Assembly (NCBI GenBank): GCA_963737265.1
Contig: CAVTRY010000013.1
Coordinates: 352,001 to 416,000 of the forward strand
From: an uncultured delta proteobacterium
GTDB lineage: Bacteria > Myxococcota_A > Polyangia > Fen-1088
Reading direction: 5' to 3'
Length of the DNA: 64,000 nucleotides
The translations under genes and the position numbers were made by a program. Of the stretch, positions 1 to 9,783 are shown piece after piece. Positions within the stretch are counted from its first letter, which is position 1. Each line of letters starts with the position of its first letter. The notes beneath the pieces are model-generated. The model was not told the DNA's origin and searched no databases. It saw only the letters and a program-made list of their open reading frames with translations.

Positions 1-1260
1 GGTTACGACAGCAATCAAATGCGGTGGAACTACGGTGGAACGCCGCTCTTGCTCAATGTCGATACTTGGCAATACGCAGCCCGCGCCTCGTACCGGCGCC
101 GCGTGGCAAGTAACGTCACGCTTTCGCTGGGCATGGATTTCCAGGGGCGTAGTACGTCGGCCGAGCGCGTGGGGTCGATCAACCTGCCGGCGCGCGAAGG
201 CGACATCGCGGTGTTCGGCCAGCCGCCGGGAAATGACCTGGAATTCGACCAATGGAAGGTCAACATGCTGGCCGCCGCGCCGTATGCCTTTGCCGAAATC
301 ACGTTGGGAAAGTTCACGATTACGCCAGGGTTGCGCTTCGAACCCACGGTCATTGATGGCAACTTGCGCAGTCCGCACACGTACCTTTCGCCGGACATCG
401 GGTACAGTCGCATGGATTTGCCCAAGAATCCGTGGAGCAGTCTGGGACTTCTCGCCTGGATGCCCAATCCGCGTCTTTCCCTCGCCTATCGCGCAACCAA
501 TAGGCTGACCCTGACCGCGGGCGGGGGCGTGTACGGTCAGCCGCCGCAGGCCGAGGACTTGAGCTCGGTCTTCGGCAATCCCAATTTGGCCAGCTCGTCC
601 GCGGTGCACGCGAGTGGCGGCGGATCGTACAAGCTACGTGGAACGCTGACCCTTGAGGGCACCCTGTTCTACAAGCAGCTCTACGACCTGGTGGCTCGCA
701 ACGCCTCGCCCTCGCCGCCGGTGGGCCAGGCGTTGGAACAGACTGGTAAGGGACGAAGTTACGGAGGACAGTTGCTGCTTCGCCAAGAACTGGCCAAGGG
801 CTTCTTCGGTTGGATTACCTACACCCTCAGTCGAAGCGAACGCAAGGATCGACCGGACAGCGACTGGCGCCTCTTCGACTACGATCAGACCCATGTGTTC
901 GCGGCTTTGGCCAGCTACGAGATCGGCCGCGGGATCCAGGCCGGCGTGCGCTTTCGCTATACCACGGGAGCGCCAAGGACGCCCGTCGTAGGCGCCTATT
1001 TCAACACCCTGAACGCGCAATACGAGCCGATCTTCGGCGCGCAGAACTCGATTCGCCTTCCAGCCTTCTATTCGTTGGATATTCGAGTCGAAAAGGCGTT
1101 TGTATTCCAGCGTGTCAAGATGAACGCGTTCGCCGACGTACAGAATATCACCAATAGGAAGAACCCGGAAGAGGTCACCTTCAGCGCCAACTTCAGCCAA
1201 CGCGACTACATCACCGGGTTGCCGATATTGGCGGTCGTTGGCGCGCGGGTGGAGTTCTAA
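1..1260 (+). CDS. TonB-dependent receptor, C-terminal part (runs off window start)
   Basis: Beta-barrel-type sequence ending in Phe (GARVEF); DVQNITNRKN motif; clearly paralogous to 9784-12432. Confidence 0.9.
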   Translation, partial: GYDSNQMRWNYGGTPLLLNVDTWQYAARASYRRRVASNVTLSLGMDFQGRSTSAERVGSINLPAREGDIAVFGQPPGNDLEFDQWKVNMLAAAPYAFAEITLGKFTITPGLRFEPTVIDGNLRSPHTYLSPDIGYSRMDLPKNPWSSLGLLAWMPNPRLSLAYRATNRLTLTAGGGVYGQPPQAEDLSSVFGNPNLASSSAVHASGGGSYKLRGTLTLEGTLFYKQLYDLVARNASPSPPVGQALEQTGKGRSYGGQLLLRQELAKGFFGWITYTLSRSERKDRPDSDWRLFDYDQTHVFAALASYEIGRGIQAGVRFRYTTGAPRTPVVGAYFNTLNAQYEPIFGAQNSIRLPAFYSLDIRVEKAFVFQRVKMNAFADVQNITNRKNPEEVTFSANFSQRDYITGLPILAVVGARVEF

Positions 1261-2279
1261 TGAGACACCACAAGCTTGCGATGGCGTGTTGGTTCTTGCC
1301 GTTGGCCGTAACGACCGCTTGCCAGCCGACCGTGGGGGCACCCATTTCGCTCATTGGCGGGCCGTCTATTCTGGCCATGAAAGCGCAACCCGCGGAGGCG
1401 CTTCAAGGAGCGGTGGTGACTTACGAGGTCTTGGCGGCCGATGGCAACGGGAGAATTCCCGCGCCAGACGCGGATGTTACCTCGCCCGCGCAATGGGCGA
1501 TTTGCGAATTGCCCAAGCCTCCCATCGATACCAACTCCGTGAATACTAACTGTTTGGACACGGTCGCCTTGCCAGGCCAGCCCGGAGCGACGAACGACAC
1601 CTATTCGGCGCCGATGCCCGCCGATGCGTGCCGAGAGTTCGGACCCGAAAGCCCGCCAGCGCTACCTGGTCAACCTCCAATCCAGCCACGCGCCGCCGAT
1701 GTGACGGGTGGCTATTACCTCCCCGTGCGCGTCAGCTTGGCGGGTATTCCGGCGAACCTGCAGCGCCCAGGGACGGCGACGCCGGATTCCATCGTGGCGT
1801 TCGGTTTGGAAAGAATTAGCTGCGGTTTGGCCAACGCGCCTAACGGGCCGGTGCTCCAGTTCAACAAGACCTACACCCTCAACAACAACCCGACCATCGA
1901 CCAACTGACGTGGCAGCAAGGCGGCGCCGCTCCCGCCGATGTTCCGCGCGTGGAAACCGGGAGCGCCCCTATCCAGGTCCAGAGCGGCCAGACCGTGACC
2001 TTCTCCTTGTCTTGGACCGCCGATTCGGTCGAAACCTATCCTGCCTACGACATCCTTGCCCGCGTTCTCGTGTCTCACCGCGAGGCGATGCGCGTGGCTT
2101 GGTACGCAACCGGCGGAACATTCGAGCACGATGTCACTGGCCGAACCGAGACTGAAACGGAGGTTTTCGCCGGCAACACCTGGAAGTCCACCGCCACCGG
2201 CGCAATCCATCTGTGGATCGTCTTGCACGACAGCCGGGGCGGCACGGATTTCGCTTCGTTTGACTTGCAAGTCATGTAG
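1260..2279 (+). CDS. Receptor-associated lipoprotein, uncharacterised
   Basis: Lipobox-like VTTAC; TAATG overlap with the receptor; C-terminal WYATGG...NTW...LWIVLHDSRGG shared with 12442 and 40344. Confidence 0.85.
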   Translation: MRHHKLAMACWFLPLAVTTACQPTVGAPISLIGGPSILAMKAQPAEALQGAVVTYEVLAADGNGRIPAPDADVTSPAQWAICELPKPPIDTNSVNTNCLDTVALPGQPGATNDTYSAPMPADACREFGPESPPALPGQPPIQPRAADVTGGYYLPVRVSLAGIPANLQRPGTATPDSIVAFGLERISCGLANAPNGPVLQFNKTYTLNNNPTIDQLTWQQGGAAPADVPRVETGSAPIQVQSGQTVTFSLSWTADSVETYPAYDILARVLVSHREAMRVAWYATGGTFEHDVTGRTETETEVFAGNTWKSTATGAIHLWIVLHDSRGGTDFASFDLQVM

Positions 2280-2427
2280 GGCTCCCGCAGTCGAGACTCT
2301 CACGAAGTAGCTCCTGGCGTGTGTCATCTGTCCGACGGTTGTGAAAACTCTGCGTTTCGGCTCGCCTGCGGCATCCAACAACATTTTCGGGCAATCGTGC
2401 TACGCCTCCCGTGCCGCGTCGATCCCC

Positions 2428-2468
2428 TTACACAAAGGAGTCACACGTATGTCACAGGATTGCAACCA
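2428..2468 (+). promoter_or_regulatory. PHO-box-like 11-bp-phased direct repeats
   Basis: TACAC/GTCAC/GTCAC/GCAAC at 2429, 2440, 2451 and 2462, upstream of the response regulator. Confidence 0.55.
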
Positions 2469-2492
2469 GAGACGTCGATACTGCCTCCTTCC

Positions 2493-3311
2493 ATGGCTGC
2501 CGAACCGCTTCGCAGGAATCGTATCCTCATCGTCGAAGACGAGGTCGATCTCAGCAGCTCGATGGCGTATGCCTTGCGGGCGCACGGGTACGAGACTGAG
2601 ATCGCCGACCGCGGCGAATCGGCCATGCGCGCGCTCAACTCCTTTCATCCCGATCTGGTGCTACTCGACTTGATGCTGCCGGACATGTCGGGTCTGGAGG
2701 TCTGCCGGCGCCTGCGTAGCTCGACCCGTGCCGACCAACCCGCGGTGATCATTGTTTCGGCCCGGGCCCAGGAGATCGACCGCGTGGTTGGTTTTGAAAT
2801 TGGCGCGGACGACTATGTCGTCAAGCCATTCAGCGTGCGCGAGTTGATCTTGAGGATCGAGGCGCGCCTGAAAGCGCGACGGGCGCTCGCCGAAACCCCG
2901 GTAACCGGAACTTTGTCGGCCGTTGCCGAGGCCGAAAGGCCGCTTGCCCTGGGAAGCCTCAGAGTCGACGAGTCAGGGCATCGCGTCTTCGTGGAGGACA
3001 AGGAGATCCACGTCAGCGCCTTGGAAATGCGCGTCCTCGCCTACCTCTTTCATTCTCCGGGAAGAATGCGCACGCGTCGCGAATTGTTGACCGAGGTGTG
3101 GGGCTACCATCCGGAGGTGTCCAGTCGAACGGTGGATACGCATATCAAGCGCATCCGGGACAAGTTGGGCAGCGCGGCCGGGATTCTGCAAACGGTTCGC
3201 GGCGTGGGGTTCCGTCTGGCGGAGCCCGCAACGTCAAGCCTGCGGCCGGGTGGCAGCGAGAGGCCCGGCCCGCCCCAGAGCGGCGCGCCCAACAAAAGTA
3301 AACGGCGCTGA
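2493..3311 (+). CDS. OmpR/PhoB-family response regulator
   Basis: Receiver motifs ILIVEDE, LLDLMLP, GADDYVVKPFS; winged helix SRTVDTHIKRIRDKLG...TVRGVGF. Start set at ATG 2493. Confidence 0.93.
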   Translation: MAAEPLRRNRILIVEDEVDLSSSMAYALRAHGYETEIADRGESAMRALNSFHPDLVLLDLMLPDMSGLEVCRRLRSSTRADQPAVIIVSARAQEIDRVVGFEIGADDYVVKPFSVRELILRIEARLKARRALAETPVTGTLSAVAEAERPLALGSLRVDESGHRVFVEDKEIHVSALEMRVLAYLFHSPGRMRTRRELLTEVWGYHPEVSSRTVDTHIKRIRDKLGSAAGILQTVRGVGFRLAEPATSSLRPGGSERPGPPQSGAPNKSKRR

Positions 3312-3400
3312 TGAACGCACCACGCGAACCAAGCCTCGTCGATGGAAAGCCGGCGAATCCTGAATCTTATCGGATAACTCGGCCAAGATTCGGTCGCCAC

Positions 3401-3423
3401 CAATTCTGTTTCAATTTTGTAAC
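3401..3423 (+). promoter_or_regulatory. PHO-box-like site
   Basis: CAATTCTGTTT/CAATTTTGTAA 11-bp direct repeat (CTGTTTC-AATT-TTGTAAC) upstream of the PstS-like gene. Confidence 0.5.
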
Positions 3424-3567
3424 GCATCCGTTGCGGAGTTCTGGCTTCCATCCTGCGGACATATCGCTATGTTCTGCGCGCCACTTGCAATGGTACTTGA
3501 AGGTGCAGGAACCCGATCACCGAGCAATTCAGCAAAGCCAATCACGAATGATAAGGGAGGACTTTTG

Positions 3568-4787
3568 ATGACGGATAGAAGACGACTCGTAACCTTGGCA
3601 GGGCTGGCGGTCGCGCTGCTCAGTGCGGTGCCAGCGATGGCCCAGACCACCGCCGTCGCCTGCAGCGACACTTCGGTGCTTCCAAACCCGGTCTATCTCG
3701 CGGGAAGCAGCGCCTTCGAACCGACGCTGGCCCAGCTCGCGGTACAGATCAAGGCCAAGCGAGGAATATCGATTATCTACGACCCAATTTCGTCATGCAG
3801 TGGCGTCACCGACGTCTCCGACAGCACGCAAGTGTTGTCCGGCACTGCCCACTACTATGTCGCCGATGCAACCCAGAGCAGTGGTGTCGCTATCCCTTCT
3901 TGCACGCTGGCTGGCGGAACCAAACCGCTTATCGGTGTCTCCGACGTGGCCTACGATTCGTGCATGGGCAGCGCGGCGCCCGCCACCATCGGCGAGTGGC
4001 ACGGCCCCGTGCAGTCGATGTTGATTATCGTCCCCAAAGCCAATGTCACGACCACCGCCATGTCGGCGGACCAAGCGGCGGCTATTTGGGGCTGCGGTGC
4101 GAACGGAGGGGTAACACCCTTTACCGATGAGAACGCGATTCAGCAGCGGAGTGCGACCTCGGGAACGCAGATCATGGTTGCTCGCGCCATCGGCGTGCCA
4201 GAGTCGGCATTCAAGGGTAATCCCAATTCGAGTGGTAGTGCTCTCATCACCTCCCTGCTCGCCGTGGCCAACCCTCAGACTGCTATCGGAATTCTGGCCG
4301 CCGATGCCTACGCAACCAATAGGGCCAAGTTGAACGCGGTCGCTTTCAGGGGCAAGGCGCAAACCAAGGCCTTTTACGCGGACTCGGGCCCGAACGACGT
4401 GGACAAGAAGAACGTGCGCGAGGGTCGCTACGTCATCCAAGGACCGCTGCATTTCTTCACCCAGCTAACCGCCGGTCAACCCGCCGTCAACGCCCAACAG
4501 GTCCTCGATTGGCTCACCGGCAACAAGCCGATCGATCCCGCCGACACGAGCAACACAAACTACACCACCACCGTGGCCTTGTTGGGCGACGTTCCCCAGT
4601 GCGCCATGAAGGTTCAAATCGACAAGGACGGCGGACTCTTCTCGCCGTTCACACCTCCGGTTTCATGCAACTGCTTCTTCGAGACGGCTGTCAGCCTGCT
4701 GGCGGCGCCGCCCGCCGGTTGCGTGGCATGCACTTCGGATGCCGGGTGCACGGGGGAAAACGTTGCCAGACCGGATACTGCGAATAG
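3568..4787 (+). CDS. PstS-like (PBP2) secreted substrate-binding protein with Cys-rich tail; frameshift near 4755
   Basis: RBS AGGGAGG, signal peptide, AGSSA and RSATSGTQ motifs typical of phosphate-binding proteins; the likely true end (GKRCQTGYCE*) lies in another frame after a G run. Confidence 0.75.
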
Positions 4788-4806
4788 CCAATTGGAGGAC
4801 ACGAAG

Positions 4807-5286
4807 ATGAACTTGATGAAGATTGCAACAGTGGTACTCGGATTGGCCTATTTCGGAGCTATCGGCTGCGGCAGCGACGGCACCGGTGGGGGTGGCACGG
4901 GCGGGACCATCGGCGGAGGCACGGGCGGGGCTGGTGGTTCCGTCGGCACGGATGCCGCGGGATCCGGTGGGGCGCTCGCAACCGGCGGCAGCACGGGGCT
5001 CGACGCCGCCGGCGGGACGGTGAGTCTCGACGGTGGTGGCGCGGGTGGAGCTGTGGCTCTGGACGCGAACATTGCCGATGCCGCGTTTCCGGTCGATGGC
5101 GGCCCAAGTAGCGACAGCAGCGGTTCGGAGGTGGGCGGGCTAGCAGGCATCTGCGCAGGGTTGAGCGCGGTGGCTTGCGACGTACTAATCCGGGCTCCGG
5201 ATCCCGCCACTCTTCCGGCCACTGTTATCGCGCAGAATGTCCCTGGACCCACGCCGCCGGCCTACGCGGTTTGCATCGCCCAGTAG
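4807..5286 (+). CDS. Gly-rich lipoprotein, hypothetical
   Basis: Own RBS GGAGG, ATG 4807, lipobox GAIGC, Gly/Thr linker. Confidence 0.75.
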   Translation: MNLMKIATVVLGLAYFGAIGCGSDGTGGGGTGGTIGGGTGGAGGSVGTDAAGSGGALATGGSTGLDAAGGTVSLDGGGAGGAVALDANIADAAFPVDGGPSSDSSGSEVGGLAGICAGLSAVACDVLIRAPDPATLPATVIAQNVPGPTPPAYAVCIAQ

Positions 5287-5313
5287 TACCATAGCCAGAG
5301 AGAGAGCCCGACG

Positions 5314-6888
5314 GTGCACAGAGATGATTTATCGACGAAGGTTCGGACTATTCGTGTGCGGCCTCGGCCAACACACCTGTGCAGCCGTTGGGCAAAGATC
5401 GCGTGGTTTGTTGGTTCGGTGATGTTACTAGGATCGCAGGGGATGGCTCTCGGTCAGGACCTTCCTCCTGGTCGGGCGCCTGACAGCGCATTGGCCGGCG
5501 CCACGCTGACGGTAGTGGGGAGCTCCGACGAGACTGCTGAGCTTGCGGCGCAAGTGGCGCGACAGCAGGGGGAAATCACGGCCCTGCGCCAAGAAATCGA
5601 GCGCCGTTTTCACGAAGAGAAGGCCGTGCGCGAGGCCGCGGAAGCCAAGGCGGCCCAAGAGGGCAAGGCGGAAAGCCAAGGCGCTGCGGCGGCGGAACTG
5701 GCGAAGAGTCCGCGAGTTTCGGGAAGCGACGGATTGACTCTGTCTGGCTTCATGCAGAACGACTTCTACGTCAAGCAGATATCGGAGGACCAGCTCAACA
5801 CTTCAACCGGCGCTCCGCTGAACGACAATCGCTTTACCATCCGCCGGGCGCGTCTGCGCGGCTCCATCGACCGTCGCTATTTAGCGGCGGTACTGGAAGT
5901 CGACGCCAATACGACCAATGGGCCACAAGTGCGGCCCATGAATATAGAGGCGACGGTCAAGCTGCCCGGGGACTCGGTGCCGACAATCGCCGGAACGGTT
6001 GGGGTTTTCAAAATCCCTTTTGGCTACGAGGTCGGTCAGGCCGACTACGAACGCCTGTTTGCCGAGCGCAGCAACATGGAGCGCGCGTTCTTTCCTGGCG
6101 AATACGACCTCGGTGCCAAGGTCGGCGGAGGTTGGCGCTTCGTGCGCTACGTGCTGGCCGTCCAGAACGGTGAACCATTGGGTGAAAGCACTTTTCCTGG
6201 GCGGGATCCGAATGCGGCCAAGGACGTGATCGGACGACTCGGCATGACCTCGCCGCTGGCCGAGAACGTCGACATCCAAGCGGGATTTTCCGGCCTAGTC
6301 GGCACGGGATTCCACCCGGGCACGCCACCCACGAAACCGACTGTCGGCTGGCAAGACCGAAACGAGAACGGCCGCGTGGATCCCAATGAATTGATCGGCA
6401 TACCTGGCAGCTCTGGACTTCCATCCCAGACTTTCGGCCGGTATGCATTGGGAGCCGATTTGTTGATTTCCGTCCGAACCCCGCAGCTTGGCAAGACGAC
6501 TGTCTATGGAGAAATCGAATGGGCCAAGAACCTGGACCGCGTCATTGCCGATCCCTACGGCCCGCTCGGCCGCGACATGCGCGAAAGGGGCTACTATTTG
6601 GCCTTGGTTCAGGACATCGGCAAGCACGTACAGCTCGGGGTGCGCTACGACTACTATGACCCCGACCAGGACAGCACGGATCGCGTGGCGGCGAACGTGC
6701 TGTTGTCGAGTCAAGCAGTCTCCACGGTCGCGCTGGCGGCGGCGGTTCGTTGGAAAATCGGTGGGCTGACGAATCGGCTGCTGGCCCAATACGACATCAA
6801 CCGGAACCATTTGGGCCGCGACCAGGCCGGCCTTACCATCAATCTTGCCAGCAATGTCTTCACCCTGCGCGCGGAGGCGGTCTTCTAA
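5314..6888 (+). CDS. OprO/OprP-like (phosphate-selective porin family) outer-membrane protein
   Basis: N-terminal coiled coil; RRARL, GVFKIPFGYE and ERS motifs; C-terminal Phe; true start probably near 5420. Confidence 0.7.
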   Translation: MHRDDLSTKVRTIRVRPRPTHLCSRWAKIAWFVGSVMLLGSQGMALGQDLPPGRAPDSALAGATLTVVGSSDETAELAAQVARQQGEITALRQEIERRFHEEKAVREAAEAKAAQEGKAESQGAAAAELAKSPRVSGSDGLTLSGFMQNDFYVKQISEDQLNTSTGAPLNDNRFTIRRARLRGSIDRRYLAAVLEVDANTTNGPQVRPMNIEATVKLPGDSVPTIAGTVGVFKIPFGYEVGQADYERLFAERSNMERAFFPGEYDLGAKVGGGWRFVRYVLAVQNGEPLGESTFPGRDPNAAKDVIGRLGMTSPLAENVDIQAGFSGLVGTGFHPGTPPTKPTVGWQDRNENGRVDPNELIGIPGSSGLPSQTFGRYALGADLLISVRTPQLGKTTVYGEIEWAKNLDRVIADPYGPLGRDMRERGYYLALVQDIGKHVQLGVRYDYYDPDQDSTDRVAANVLLSSQAVSTVALAAAVRWKIGGLTNRLLAQYDINRNHLGRDQAGLTINLASNVFTLRAEAVF

Positions 6889-7811
6889 TGCGCGGCTTGT
6901 CCATCGCTGCAGCCGCGACGTCGCTCGCGATGGTCGCATGCTCGGGCGCAAATCCAAGCTCGGGGCAAACCGCCCTGATGCGCGTCCAAGGTGCGCAATT
7001 CGTGGCGGGCGCAATCGACACCACCACGCACGGCGCCACTCCTGCGGTAGGCTCGATCGCCATGCAAAACAACGATCTCTATCCAGGAGTCTCTGGTAAG
7101 AGCATATCCGGCTCGGTGGGTCCGGGCTCAACAGCGGTATTGCTGGGGCTTGAGGGTGACAGTGGCTATTGGATAGTGCCGGTTAAGGTTCTGGACCAGA
7201 ACACACCCGGAAACTTCACCTTCTCCGCCGTGGTCTCGTTCTCGCCGGAGACGCCAGCCGGCGATGCGGGCAACCTAAACCTCGTGGTTCGAGCGACAGA
7301 CAAGAACGGGAACCTTGGGCCCGCCGTGCTTCAGCCCATGACGATGGATGCCCCTCGCCCCGCGGGTCTTCTGGTTATCAGCCTGGATTGGGATACAGAC
7401 GCCGACTTGGACCTGCACGTGGTCGTGCCGGAGGGGGATGCCGGTACCACCGAAATCTGGTCGCGCAAGCCTTCGGCACTACCCTTTGGGCAACCCAACG
7501 CCACCGTGGATGACGGCATGGCCGCTGGCTATCTCGATTCCGATTCCAACAGCCAGTGCGTAATCGACGGTCGTGACGCGGAGAACGTCATCTTTCCGAC
7601 GACCGCGCCTGCGGGGCATTACATCGTGCGCGTCGACACCTTCTCGCTGTGCGGGCAAGTAACCGCGCAATGGCGCGTCCGCGTCTTTTACCAGGGACAA
7701 TCCACTCCGGTCCGAGAGGCATTCGGACAGTCAACCGACACGGATACGCGCTTTCCGCACGGTCAGGGTGCGGGCGTTCAAGCGCTGAGCTTCGATTACG
7801 CGGGTTCTTGA
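6888..7811 (+). CDS. Lipoprotein with YfaP/DUF2135-like domain
   Basis: Lipobox MVAC; ISLDWDTDADLDLHVV and ENV motifs; TAATG overlap. Confidence 0.75.
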   Translation: MRGLSIAAAATSLAMVACSGANPSSGQTALMRVQGAQFVAGAIDTTTHGATPAVGSIAMQNNDLYPGVSGKSISGSVGPGSTAVLLGLEGDSGYWIVPVKVLDQNTPGNFTFSAVVSFSPETPAGDAGNLNLVVRATDKNGNLGPAVLQPMTMDAPRPAGLLVISLDWDTDADLDLHVVVPEGDAGTTEIWSRKPSALPFGQPNATVDDGMAAGYLDSDSNSQCVIDGRDAENVIFPTTAPAGHYIVRVDTFSLCGQVTAQWRVRVFYQGQSTPVREAFGQSTDTDTRFPHGQGAGVQALSFDYAGS

Positions 7812-7839
7812 TTTCAACGATACAAAAGGAAGGTGACCA

Positions 7840-8583
7840 ATGCTGCTAATGCAAAAACTCGTTCTCGTGGCTTCGACAGGCGCCACGGCGGTTCTTTATC
7901 TGCTCTTGGCCCTGTCGGTGTTCTCAGTTGGCATTGTCGTGGAGCGCTGGTGGTTCTTCAGGAAGCGCAAAATCGATGTCGAGACGGTCGGCGACGAGCT
8001 TGCCAAGCGCTTGCGCGCAAATGATGTAGATGGCGCCAAGCGCGGCCTGGGCGCATTCCGCGCGGTAGAGGCCGAGGTTATGAAGGACGCCCTCGACTAC
8101 TACAAGGATGGTCCCGAGTCACTTCAGGAGATCGTGCAAAAGGGGATTCGCCAACGTCGCAAGATCTTCGAAAGCGGGCTGTTGTTTCTTGGCACCCTCG
8201 GCAGCAACTCGCCCTTCGTCGGTCTATTCGGCACCGTGCTTGGCGTGGTCGCGGCCTTCAAGGAGCTCGGTGCGGCGTCGGCCAACATGGCGGCATCCGG
8301 CGGCGGCATGGGCAACGTCATGGGCGGCATCGCGGAAGCGCTCATCGCGACCGCGGTCGGTATCTTGGTCGCCATTCCGGCCGTCATTGCCTACAACATT
8401 TTTCAGAAGAAGTGCAATGACATCGAAGAGAACACCGGCGCTCTTGCCAATCAGGTTCTGGCCGTCATGAAGGCCAGGCCTGCAAGGCCGGCAAGCAACA
8501 ACAAGACAGGCAAAAAGGTCACGCCGATGGATGATGTCGACGAGCCCGACATGGCCTTGCGTCAGGCAGAGGTAAACAGCTAA
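7840..8583 (+). CDS. exbB: MotA/TolQ/ExbB proton channel
   Basis: LGTLGSNSPFVGLFGTVLG...GIAEALIATAVGILVAIPA. Confidence 0.93.
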   Translation: MLLMQKLVLVASTGATAVLYLLLALSVFSVGIVVERWWFFRKRKIDVETVGDELAKRLRANDVDGAKRGLGAFRAVEAEVMKDALDYYKDGPESLQEIVQKGIRQRRKIFESGLLFLGTLGSNSPFVGLFGTVLGVVAAFKELGAASANMAASGGGMGNVMGGIAEALIATAVGILVAIPAVIAYNIFQKKCNDIEENTGALANQVLAVMKARPARPASNNKTGKKVTPMDDVDEPDMALRQAEVNS

Positions 8584-9002
8584 TGGCCGGCGCGGTCACG
8601 GGCTCCGGGCGGGCCAAAACTATTGCGGCCATCAACGTCACGCCGCTCGTCGACGTGGTACTCGTGTTGCTGGTCATTCTGATGGTTGCGTCCACCTACA
8701 TCGTTGCCCAAACCCTGAAAGTGCACCTGCCCAAGGCGCGCATGAGCGATGGCACGGCCGACAAACCGAACACGGTGCAATTGATGAAGAACGGCGATAT
8801 GCGCTGGAACGAGCAGCCGGTGAGCGAGCAGCAATTGGAGGGTCTAATTCGCACCGCGGTTGGCGCCGACTCGGAAATGAGCTTGGTGGTGAGCGCCGAC
8901 AAGGACGCTGCTCACGGTCAGGTCGTGCACATCATGGATCTCGCCAAGGTGGCCGGTGTGACCAAGTTCGCCATCAACGTCATGCAAGTTGGGGGGCCGT
9001 AG
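8583..9002 (+). CDS. exbD: ExbD/TolR
   Basis: INVTPLVDVVLVLLVILMV, ADK motif. Confidence 0.93.
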   Translation: MAGAVTGSGRAKTIAAINVTPLVDVVLVLLVILMVASTYIVAQTLKVHLPKARMSDGTADKPNTVQLMKNGDMRWNEQPVSEQQLEGLIRTAVGADSEMSLVVSADKDAAHGQVVHIMDLAKVAGVTKFAINVMQVGGP

Positions 9003-9048
9003 ACACTGGCGACTGCGCTCGCCGTCTCTTGTGCTGTGAGGTGCTCCT

Positions 9049-9783
9049 GTGAAGAAGGCCACATTTCTTGTTTCGATGATCGTTCACGGCGGCGTTGCCG
9101 TTGCGCTGCTCACGGCCTCGCAGCACCGTGCGTCCGGCAAGAACTTCTTCGTGCAAATGACCGAAGCGAAGAAGAAGGAGCTTGCGGACAAGCCGCACAA
9201 GGCGCCACCACCCAAGCCGAAAGTGGCGAAGGTCGATCGCCCGGCCGAGCACAAGGTCACCGCAGCGCCCAAGGCGGCGCCGATCGAGGCGCCGCAACCG
9301 ACAGCCAAGCTTGCCACGGCGCCGCTGGCGATGGACGTTGCCATGAGCAACGAGGACATCGGCGACGCGGTGGCTATTCCAGTCATGCGGGCACCGCAGG
9401 CCGCGGCGCCCACCAAGGTGGCGTCGATCGATTCCGAGCCCCGTCGCCGCCGCATGCACGATCTTGGACCGGGGGGACCGACCGTCGTCGAAGAACGCTG
9501 TACCGAAGAGCCATCGAAACCAGAGCCGGTGGTCAAGACCGAGATCGAGTACACGGCGGCGGCGCGCGCCGAGGGTATCGAAGGAAAGCTGAAGTTGAAA
9601 GTGGTTGTCGGCGCCGACGGTGCGGTGCTGACAGTGGAAGTTCTGTCGAGCGTGTCCCCGGAGCTCGACGCCGCGGCCATCGCTGCGGTCAAACACTGGC
9701 GTTTTCGACCGGCCATGGCCTGTGGCAAGCCGGTCGCCGGAGGGACCTACGTTCTTGCCCGGCGTTTCGAGCTGGGGGATTGA
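9049..9783 (+). CDS. tonB: TonB energy transducer
   Basis: N-terminal TM with SxxxH, Pro/Lys-rich linker, YTAAARAEGIEG...WRFRPA C-domain. Confidence 0.88.
   Translation: MKKATFLVSMIVHGGVAVALLTASQHRASGKNFFVQMTEAKKKELADKPHKAPPPKPKVAKVDRPAEHKVTAAPKAAPIEAPQPTAKLATAPLAMDVAMSNEDIGDAVAIPVMRAPQAAAPTKVASIDSEPRRRRMHDLGPGGPTVVEERCTEEPSKPEPVVKTEIEYTAAARAEGIEGKLKLKVVVGADGAVLTVEVLSSVSPELDAAAIAAVKHWRFRPAMACGKPVAGGTYVLARRFELGD

Noticed and set aside
3469-5286. 605-aa fusion of a binding protein and a lipoprotein
   Set aside because: An internal RBS, ATG and lipobox at 4807, plus a natural Cys-rich end in another frame, indicate two genes joined by a homopolymer indel
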